Assembly (NCBI GenBank): GCA_016840425.1
Contig: JAEOSI010000107.1
Location: 1 to 7,551 of the forward strand
From: Candidatus Wukongarchaeum yapensis
GTDB taxonomy: Archaea > Asgardarchaeota > Wukongarchaeia > Wukongarchaeales > Wukongarchaeaceae
Length of the DNA: 7,551 nt
Direction: 5' to 3'
Part shown: positions 1 to 6,410 of the stretch, piece by piece
Layout of the letters: each line of letters starts with the position of its first letter
How positions within the stretch are numbered: the stretch's first letter is position 1
The notes under the pieces: generated by a model
The model's database searches: none
Told to the model about the DNA's origin: nothing
What the model saw: the letters and a program-made list of their open reading frames with translations, nothing else
Made by a program: the position numbers and the translations under genes

Positions 1-8
1 AATTATTT

Positions 9-65
9 AAAAAGGGGAGCTTCTGACCTTTAGCGCTAAAATCGTCTTACTAGGCCAGTCCTCCC
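9..65 (-). terminator. 3' stem-loop plus U-tract immediately after the 66-656 stop codon
   Basis: Minus-strand RNA reads GGGAG-GA-CUGGCCU...AGGUCAG-AAG-CUCCC-C-UUUUU: a 5-bp stem and a 7-bp stem (one G-U), then U5. Bases 15-65 are 53% GC, versus 28% in the 5970-6410 spacer. Confidence 0.5.
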
Positions 66-656
66 TCACTTTGTCAGTTCTACTGCCTTTATCGCCTGTT
101 CAAGTTTTTCTGCCCGTTCGTTAAACTTTTTCAAATCCCCAAGGTATAAGAGCGTTAAAAGTTCCTCAAAATCATTTACCGGCCTATCCTCAAACGCTAA
201 CTCGCTGACCCTGCTCAAAGATATAAACTGATCATCCTTCGCTCCTGTTTCAAGAAGATACGACATTATAGTGTTAAGCTGATGTCTTATCGTCTTTTCA
301 AGCTTTGCAATACCTTTTGCTGAGTCCTCAATCTCCCTAACTAAATGAACAGTTAAAGGCATAACAAACATCTTCAAAACCCTTCTAAAATCATCGACAG
401 CCTTAGTACTTTTCTTTGTCTTTTCTAATCCTGAAAAAAGGGCTTTAAAAGTCCTAAGAGTGCTTTTTTTAAGCACTATAATGTTTTCTATCGTGTGTAA
501 CGTATCAAGCATCCTATCAAGCTTGCCTATATGTTGAATATACGTGTTAAAGAATCCCCCATCTTCCTCCGAGTAGATCGCATTGAAAAGCCTAGAAAGA
601 AGATCTTTATACAAAAGAAGTCCGCTCTCAAACTCCAAAAGATCATTTTCCTGCAA
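66..656 (-). CDS. Hypothetical protein, 196 aa, predicted mostly alpha-helical
   Basis: TTG start (654-656) lies 8 nt downstream of a perfect AGGAGG (665-670), with TGA stop at 66-68. Composition is protein-like (Leu/Glu/Lys-rich, amphipathic), and the gene is co-oriented with all its neighbours. I recognise no family motif. Confidence 0.85.
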   Translation of the reverse strand: MQENDLLEFESGLLLYKDLLSRLFNAIYSEEDGGFFNTYIQHIGKLDRMLDTLHTIENIIVLKKSTLRTFKALFSGLEKTKKSTKAVDDFRRVLKMFVMPLTVHLVREIEDSAKGIAKLEKTIRHQLNTIMSYLLETGAKDDQFISLSRVSELAFEDRPVNDFEELLTLLYLGDLKKFNERAEKLEQAIKAVELTK

Positions 657-664
657 ACCATAAG

Positions 665-670
665 CCTCCT
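665..670 (-). promoter_or_regulatory. Shine-Dalgarno site for the 66-656 CDS
   Basis: AGGAGG, 8 nt upstream of the TTG start. Confidence 0.8.
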
Positions 671-836
671 AAAAATAACCCTTATTTATCTTACTTGTCC
701 TCCTTACCCTTTTCCTTTAAACTAATTAAATTATTTAACGTTTTCAAATAAAAAAAGTATTTCCCTCCATAAAAACGATTTTATTTCCTTTAAATTTTTT
801 AAAAAAGCCATACATCTTAAAGGAGATGATCCAGTT

Positions 837-2120
837 TTATGTTTCAATTTTGAGTTTTAAGCCTTTTTTAGGCCAGTTTGAGAGCAAAACAGCCCGTGAA
901 ACTGGGACTTCATTCACGACAGGATAACCTGCTATATCCCCTATTTTTTCAGCAAACTCTCTAATCTCTTCATGAGTAGGCTCAAAATGATGCCTTATCT
1001 GTAACTTTGTCATTCCTTCCTTCATATGTTTTTTCTGTAATCTCTCTTGAGCTGCCCCAACGTATGTAAAACCTTTAACTTCAAAGAAATCAGGCTCAGC
1101 TTTTTTAATCAGCCTACCATAACCGTCCAGGTCATGAAGATTCATACGCTTTACAGCGGTTATTCGGATACACTTCCTACAACTATGTGTTTTAAGTGTT
1201 TCAATAGTTTCTTGAAGCCTCCCCCATCCATCTTTAATAACAGGTCTACAAACCCTCCTATAAGTCTCATAATTAGGAGCCGCCAAGGTCAAATAAAGTT
1301 GTGTTGGTTCCTCGTCTAAACTATTAAGCACTTGAGGATTAGTGCCATTAGTAACAAGAAAAGTGGACAAGCCTCTCATATGAAATGCCTCTATAAGTCC
1401 TCCAATACCTGGATACAAAGTAGGTTCTCCGGCCAAGGATATAGCTGCATGTTTCGGTTTTAAAGCCTCAAGAAAACATCTTTCAATATCATTCCAAGAT
1501 CCCACATTTTCCTCAACAATCCTTTCACCTTCACCCCTATCCATCTCCCTAAAACTTTCCCTTAAAACAACCCTGTTATCAGGCTTCTTTCTCTGTATCA
1601 CGTCAGCCTCATTCAAAAGCACTATTGCCTTTCTTACCTTCCTAACACTAACGCCAAAACGTTCCACTAAAGAATAAAAGGTTATCTCTCTTTTCAATAA
1701 AAGGTCAACTATATCCACCATAAGCTCGTAATTCTTCCTCAGTTTCTTTAAACTGAATTTTCTAAGGATAACTTCCTCCTGCTTCTCAATAAGCTTATCA
1801 GCCAACTCTTTCGGATCATCTATGTCAAAATTATCCATTGTGGATAAATCCTGATAAATCCCAAGATCAGAAGGCTCCACCCGCCAACAGAACCTACACC
1901 TCTGAGTACACCAAAAAAGAGCAGGCGTACACTGGATACATTGATGAGATCCTATTCCGTAAAATCTTTCTTTATAACAAGATCTCCTACCCGTCCAAAT
2001 CTTCTCACTAAGCCACCTACAAGGCTTCAACCCAGAATGTTTCCCGACAAACCAATAGCCTTTCTTAACATAAGCTCTTATAAGCTCGCTAGGCACATTA
2101 GAAGCTATTACAGGCTTCAA
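837..2120 (-). CDS. taw1: S-adenosyl-L-methionine-dependent tRNA 4-demethylwyosine synthase (Taw1/TYW1, radical SAM), archaeal type without flavodoxin domain, with a large internal insertion
   Basis: Radical SAM motif CTQRCRFC (aa 71-78) followed by WR. Auxiliary cluster Cys at KPC34, SC48YK and the C61IQC64TP segment. The Schiff-base Lys is in CYK50ERFYG. Also EALKPKHAAISLAGEPTLYP, TFLVTNG, PTQLY, FFEVKGFTYVG, PTHEEI and SRAVLL, all matching the archaeal Taw1 pattern. TTG start with an in-frame TAA six codons upstream; TAA stop at 837-839. Confidence 0.96.
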   Translation of the reverse strand: MKPVIASNVPSELIRAYVKKGYWFVGKHSGLKPCRWLSEKIWTGRRSCYKERFYGIGSHQCIQCTPALFWCTQRCRFCWRVEPSDLGIYQDLSTMDNFDIDDPKELADKLIEKQEEVILRKFSLKKLRKNYELMVDIVDLLLKREITFYSLVERFGVSVRKVRKAIVLLNEADVIQRKKPDNRVVLRESFREMDRGEGERIVEENVGSWNDIERCFLEALKPKHAAISLAGEPTLYPGIGGLIEAFHMRGLSTFLVTNGTNPQVLNSLDEEPTQLYLTLAAPNYETYRRVCRPVIKDGWGRLQETIETLKTHSCRKCIRITAVKRMNLHDLDGYGRLIKKAEPDFFEVKGFTYVGAAQERLQKKHMKEGMTKLQIRHHFEPTHEEIREFAEKIGDIAGYPVVNEVPVSRAVLLSNWPKKGLKLKIET

Positions 2121-2168
2121 ACTAAAACAAGCCCCTTAAACCTCAATAGAACAAAATCTTCTAAAAAT

Positions 2169-2184
2169 CCGTTAATTTTAACGG
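2169..2184. promoter_or_regulatory. 16-bp palindrome CCGTTAA-TT-TTAACGG in the rgy-taw1 spacer (operator- or terminator-like)
   Basis: A perfect 7-bp inverted repeat with a 2-nt spacer, followed on the minus strand by ATTTTT, 48 nt upstream of the taw1 start. The sequence is certain; the function is inferred. Confidence 0.45.
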
Positions 2185-2192
2185 CACTCTCC

Positions 2193-2204
2193 CTATTTAA
2201 ATAG
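2193..2204 (-). promoter_or_regulatory. TATA-like perfect palindrome CTATTTAAATAG overlapping the rgy stop codon (candidate taw1 promoter)
   Basis: A 12-bp perfect palindrome containing TTTAAATA, preceded by purine-rich AAACAGAGG. It also encodes L-F-K-stop of rgy. Confidence 0.35.
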
Positions 2205-5200
2205 CCTCTGTTTAAGTGTTAAACCCTTGATTTTCTGAACTTCCGCAAAAAGATCAGATAAAACCTCTATATAATCTATTCTCCCCTCCGCTATAGCGTC
2301 CATTTTCGTCTGTAAATACCTCGTCCTCTCCTCGGATATACATTCCCTAACAACATTTAACGAGGAAAGATACTCGTAAACCTGACGCCCCAACTTTGTC
2401 GGAACCAATTTACGAGATTTTAAACTTTCCCAAAAATAACGACGACGCAAAAGGTTTCTAATTACGTTAGCATAAGTCGAAGGACGCCCTATACCCTTCT
2501 CCTTCATCATGGCAACAAGCTCGCCTTGAGTAGGCATCCGGGTTCCTGGCCTCTTTATCAATTCTATTCCTCCCTCCTTAACCTTAATCCTTTGACCCTT
2601 GCTAAATTTCGGTACAAAAGGACGCCAAAAAGGCTGTACCTCAAGCCAGCCCTTATCAATCTCCTCTAAAACTCCCTCATAATCCACCTCTATATCCCCT
2701 ATTCTAAGCTTCGCCGCCTGTTTAAGAACCTTTGCAGGCTTCATCTGAGAAGCAAAAAACCTCCTTGATATTAAATCATACACCCTATAATGCCTACTAG
2801 TCAGCCTTTTCACAAGTTCAAGTTCACCATTTCTTATTAATCTGCTTAATTCATCCGAATCCATAGATTTTGTCGGGCGAATACACTCATGAGCACCACC
2901 AGTACCCCAAGACCTACCCTGAAACCTTTCCTTTCCAAACTTTGTTTCTATATATTCCTTCGCAACGTTGATGCCTTTACTCGAAACCCTTATAGAATCA
3001 GTTCTATGGTAAGTTATAAGTCCCGCTTCAAAAAGATCTTGGGAAGCCTTCATTGTTTGATCGGTAGTCAACCTAAGCACCTTAGAAGCCATTAAAAGCA
3101 AGGAATCTGTGGTGAAAGGTGGTGGAGGAGAAACCTCGACCTCCTCACACTCCACTTCTCCCACATACACTTCTTCTGCTTCTACTTTACCATCCAATTG
3201 AAGTTTAATATCGTTATCCAAAGTTACTAAGGAAGTTTCTATCCTTTTCGCATATTTCTTCGCTAATTCAACAATCCACCCTAAGACGGGGGTTTGCACC
3301 CTACCTGCTGATAAATATTGGCTTCCAAATTTTTCCCAAACCTTCCTCGAAAGTTCAAACCCCAGCCACCTATCCTCAATCCTCCTAACAATCTGGGCTT
3401 GGACAAGTTTTTCATCAAAATCCCTTAGATTCTCTAAAGCTTCAAGGATGGCCCTTCGCGTGACTTCCCTAAATTCTGCCCTCTTAACACTATTAGCATA
3501 GGGATAAACAGCCGTCGCTATATCCCAACCAATCTTTTCACCTTCCGTGTCAGGATCCGTACCAATCACTACCTCATCCACTTCTAAAGCAAGTTGTTGT
3601 AAAGACCTTATTACGTCAAGCTTAGTATTGTAAAAAGAACTGCCACAAGTTGGGCACTCATTATCTGAAGAAGTCCAGCTGGAATTACAACGCCTACAAA
3701 CCTTTATTTCACCATAAATGGGCAGAAAAATATTTTCATCAGGGTAAACCTTAACCCCATGAAAATGTCCATCAATATCCATCATAATCCTCAGAAAATC
3801 CTCAGATTCCCACGACCAGTCTCCCTTATCCTCCCCAATTTTTTCCATTGTTTTGACTTCCTGTCCATCATAGTCTTCATCCAAAACTGTTTTAGAACCC
3901 TTAGTTATCAGGTCAACAACATGACCCACCGTGGCAGTAATCGTCATAAGGTATTTCCCTGCAAGCACTTCATAACAATAAACCGATCCCATAATCCTTC
4001 TAGAAGGTCTTCCAAAATAGTAAGCAATACTTTTTGCTTTGCTTGGAGATTCAACGATAAAAAGACAGGTTTTAAGCATGACCTCTCTCCCCCCAAATTT
4101 TCCCCTCCGAGTTGCTAAAACAAGACTTCTATCCTCCTCAATCCGTGAAAATAAGCCTTGAAGATCTATCACACCAAAGTTCTGCCAACTACTTTCTAAA
4201 AGCCACTCAGTTCGCCTCATCAGGTTCCTAAAAAGCTTTGAATAATCTATCACAACCACAGAAAGTCCCTTAGTAACCCCTCCAAGAAAAAGCCTAGAAG
4301 TGCGTCCAGATCCTTGAATATAAGTATTCACATCAGGAACTAAAACATAATTCTTCTCTCTCTCCTCTAACAAAGCTATATGTTTAGACTTCTTCAAGCT
4401 TTTGATAAGCTCTTCATCCCTTAAAAGTTCTGAAATCATCTTCCTTGCTTCTTCGAGAAGCCCTTGTAAAAACGCCAACCTCCCCTTCTCATACCTCTCT
4501 CCCTTGACCAAAGCTTCCTCAACAGATCGCGCCATCAACCCGCTAGTGCCCCTAAAACTCTTTTTCATTTTCCGTATAAGTTGCCCTATCCAACTCTTCT
4601 TTTCTTCAGATTCAATAACCTCCTCAAAAGTAGTCAAAAGAGAAATAGCGTGAAAAGGATTTGTAGGCACCATCAACTCGTACTTATACTTCGGAATACC
4701 CGCAAAAACCGCATAACGAATCCTTTCAGGGTAGTCCAATCCCCTCACAAGGAGACCATAAGTTGTAGCACTCCCGACTAAAACATCGACCTCCCCAGAA
4801 GCAAAAGCCTGAACCTTTTTTGTCTTGCGCCCTTTCTCCGAAACCACAGCCTCTGCAGAAACATTCACCTTCCTAAGCTCTTCCACAATCCTATAAGCCA
4901 GATCCATTTCTCCCACAGGAACAAAAATAAGCCCACCTTCCCCCAATTTTTCGACAACCCTCACTACCTCAGAAACAACATCGCCATGCTTCGGGAAAAT
5001 ATAAGTATCCTCGACATTTCTAAAAACATCGCGAACAGACCCTATTTCAAAATTTAAAAGCTCCCTGAATAATCTAACCCTCCTACCCCTAACTCTACCA
5101 GTAGCACTCGAAACAATTAGTTGCCCAATAGAGTGCATCGCTTTATATTCATCTATCTCCTGCTCAAGCTCCTCAACCAACTCTCGCAACTTTTTACTTC

Positions 5201-5969
5201 TCGAAGTATAGACATTCCTCCTCGATTTAGTAAGCTCCCAAGCCTTAAGAACTATCTCTTCATTAAATCCTAACAATAAAAGAACCCGATCAATGTTCTT
5301 AGAAGCCTTTAAAAGCGCATCAACATCATCAACTATCACCAAATCAAAACGATCCACTGCCTTTTTAACATCATTAAGATGTGTGCTAAGGAACTTTGAA
5401 GTAGTTATAAGAATGTCAAAATCACCCTCCTCTAAAGCCTCAATAAAAGCCCGCCTTTTCTTGGAAGGAAGACTTGAATGGAACCATGCTACTTTAATCG
5501 AGGATTCTTCCCTTTCAATATATGTCTGCAGTTTCTCTCCAACTTGTTGAACTAAAGTCGTAGTGGGAAGTATTATGTAAGTTTTAGCGTCTCTCTCAGC
5601 TAAAAAAAGGCTTAAAGCAACGCTAAAAACAGTTTTTCCAAGACCCGTAGGCGCAGTAATGGCAAAACTCCTACCCAACCACGCCCTCTTAAACCACGCC
5701 CTTTGAGCACTCCACAAGTCACCACCTACAAACTCACTAAAAAGCTTGTTAAAGGTTTCAGCTTCCATCTCTAACAACTTTTTATCCCCATACTCCCCCA
5801 AAAGCTCAAAGTTTCCTTCCTCTAAAAACGAATTTATATCCTGCAAAGGATGAAGACATTTTAAACACGGACGTTTCTGCCTCAAACACCAGCTATTAGT
5901 ATCTCCCCCACAAGAAGGACAAAGATCCCTAAAAATAGCCATCGTCAAGCGATCATCTCTCATTTTCAT
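2193..5969 (-). CDS. rgy: Reverse gyrase (SF2 helicase-like domain fused to type IA topoisomerase)
   Basis: N-terminal Zn finger C17PSC20...C35LKC38. Walker A APTGLGKT, motif II DDVD, motif III SAT, LVRGLDYPERIRYAVF, and motif VI YIQGSGRTSR. TOPRIM IVESPSKAK and TDPDTEGEKI. Second Zn finger C758RRC...C772PTC. SAGRVQTPVLGWI, catalytic Tyr987 in GLITYHRTDS (3009-3011), and GIGRPSTYA. The start could be ATG 5969, 5963 (7 nt after AGGGT) or 5942. Confidence 0.98.
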   Translation of the reverse strand: MKMRDDRLTMAIFRDLCPSCGGDTNSWCLRQKRPCLKCLHPLQDINSFLEEGNFELLGEYGDKKLLEMEAETFNKLFSEFVGGDLWSAQRAWFKRAWLGRSFAITAPTGLGKTVFSVALSLFLAERDAKTYIILPTTTLVQQVGEKLQTYIEREESSIKVAWFHSSLPSKKRRAFIEALEEGDFDILITTSKFLSTHLNDVKKAVDRFDLVIVDDVDALLKASKNIDRVLLLLGFNEEIVLKAWELTKSRRNVYTSRSKKLRELVEELEQEIDEYKAMHSIGQLIVSSATGRVRGRRVRLFRELLNFEIGSVRDVFRNVEDTYIFPKHGDVVSEVVRVVEKLGEGGLIFVPVGEMDLAYRIVEELRKVNVSAEAVVSEKGRKTKKVQAFASGEVDVLVGSATTYGLLVRGLDYPERIRYAVFAGIPKYKYELMVPTNPFHAISLLTTFEEVIESEEKKSWIGQLIRKMKKSFRGTSGLMARSVEEALVKGERYEKGRLAFLQGLLEEARKMISELLRDEELIKSLKKSKHIALLEEREKNYVLVPDVNTYIQGSGRTSRLFLGGVTKGLSVVVIDYSKLFRNLMRRTEWLLESSWQNFGVIDLQGLFSRIEEDRSLVLATRRGKFGGREVMLKTCLFIVESPSKAKSIAYYFGRPSRRIMGSVYCYEVLAGKYLMTITATVGHVVDLITKGSKTVLDEDYDGQEVKTMEKIGEDKGDWSWESEDFLRIMMDIDGHFHGVKVYPDENIFLPIYGEIKVCRRCNSSWTSSDNECPTCGSSFYNTKLDVIRSLQQLALEVDEVVIGTDPDTEGEKIGWDIATAVYPYANSVKRAEFREVTRRAILEALENLRDFDEKLVQAQIVRRIEDRWLGFELSRKVWEKFGSQYLSAGRVQTPVLGWIVELAKKYAKRIETSLVTLDNDIKLQLDGKVEAEEVYVGEVECEEVEVSPPPPFTTDSLLLMASKVLRLTTDQTMKASQDLFEAGLITYHRTDSIRVSSKGINVAKEYIETKFGKERFQGRSWGTGGAHECIRPTKSMDSDELSRLIRNGELELVKRLTSRHYRVYDLISRRFFASQMKPAKVLKQAAKLRIGDIEVDYEGVLEEIDKGWLEVQPFWRPFVPKFSKGQRIKVKEGGIELIKRPGTRMPTQGELVAMMKEKGIGRPSTYANVIRNLLRRRYFWESLKSRKLVPTKLGRQVYEYLSSLNVVRECISEERTRYLQTKMDAIAEGRIDYIEVLSDLFAEVQKIKGLTLKQRLFK

Positions 5970-6021
5970 AACCCTATAAACATTGTGGTTCTATGCGATC
6001 TAGCTTACATCCTTAGGTTAT

Positions 6022-6047
6022 TTTATATAGTTGTATAAACTCTCTCT
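6022..6047 (-). promoter_or_regulatory. Candidate BRE/TATA promoter of reverse gyrase
   Basis: Purine run AGAGAGAG (6047-6040) is directly followed by TTTATA (6039-6034). A second TATA-like TATATAAA lies at 6029-6022, about 55-70 nt upstream of the ATG. The AT-rich background lowers specificity. Confidence 0.5.
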
Positions 6048-6240
6048 AAAATGTTTCTCCCTAACGTAATAATAAAAAATTTAGCGTTTATTAAAAGAAT
6101 AGAATAAAAATTTTACGGTGTCACTCTCTTTTTAATGCCAGTTATTTCTCCTAATAGTTGAAAATAGAAAAAGCTTAAAAGCGGAAATAACCGTGATTTC
6201 GCCTAAAAAATTAAGAAAAAGGATCAAAATAAAAATTTTT

Positions 6241-6264
6241 AGACCTTTAGAGTCCTAAAGGCCT
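6241..6264 (-). other. 10-bp hairpin AGGCCUUUAG-GACU-CUAAAGGUCU in the FMN gene-rgy spacer
   Basis: Fully paired on the minus strand (one G-U) with a 4-nt loop, followed by A5-U5. Confidence 0.55.
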
Positions 6265-6364
6265 TTTATTAGTGCTTAGAGGTATTTTTGAACGAAGATT
6301 TTAACCTGAAAAACATCCTAGTTTTAAAATAAGTTTAACTTGCCTATAATCCTAATATTCTTGT

Positions 6365-6379
6365 AAAAAAACAAAAAAA
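6365..6379 (-). terminator. Oligo-T archaeal-type terminator after the FMN-binding gene
   Basis: T7-G-T7 on the minus strand, about 30 nt downstream of the stop. Oligo-U tracts are the established archaeal termination signal. Confidence 0.65.
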
Positions 6380-6410
6380 GAGGATTTCTGCCTGGATGTT
6401 CTTACCACTA

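Noticed and set aside
36-68. Selenocysteine read-through of the TGA followed by a hairpin
   Set aside because: Read-through adds only U-GRTGLVRRF. The protein has no Cys or redox motif, and the internal loop fits neither the archaeal SECIS (GAA/A) nor a K-turn. A terminator is the simpler explanation.
531-725. Plus-strand 64-aa ORF
   Set aside because: Antisense to the 66-656 CDS and its leader, with no motif; a shadow ORF.
1485-1754. Taw1 insertion as a mini-intein
   Set aside because: No block B TxxH and no terminal HN followed by C/S/T; the pattern fits a wHTH instead.
2181-2195. Pyrrolysine read-through of the TAG stops of rgy (and of the cupin at 7018)
   Set aside because: An in-frame TAA follows within 2-4 codons in both cases, and both proteins already appear complete.
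1047-2204. Plus-strand ORFs 1047-1319 and 1941-2204
   Set aside because: Antisense to motif-complete taw1; Ser/Pro/Thr-rich shadow composition with no recognisable domain.
3771-3902. Reverse gyrase insertion as an intein or intron
   Set aside because: Only ~44 aa, in frame, with no N-terminal Cys/Ser splice context or C-terminal HN, and no bulge-helix-bulge seen.
2889-5550. Plus-strand ORFs 2889-3095, 3759-4118, 4402-4653, 4581-4781 and 5293-5550
   Set aside because: All lie antisense within reverse gyrase and show the Ser/Phe-rich composition expected from reverse-complementing Glu/Lys codons.
3468-5888. Small reverse gyrase substitutions (extra Cys28 in Zn finger 1; EFREVT in place of the usual EFHEVT)
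   Set aside because: Single-residue differences cannot be judged without an alignment, and all core ligands and catalytic residues are intact.
5966-5983. Five-codon upstream ORF (MFIGL) whose TGA overlaps the first rgy ATG
   Set aside because: This is expected by chance in AT-rich DNA, and there is no supporting SD.
5970-6410. Structured ncRNA, CRISPR array or replication origin in the long spacer
   Set aside because: 28% GC is too low for a stable thermophile RNA. There are no regularly spaced 24-40 bp repeats, no ORB-like G-string repeats, and no adjacent cdc6 gene.
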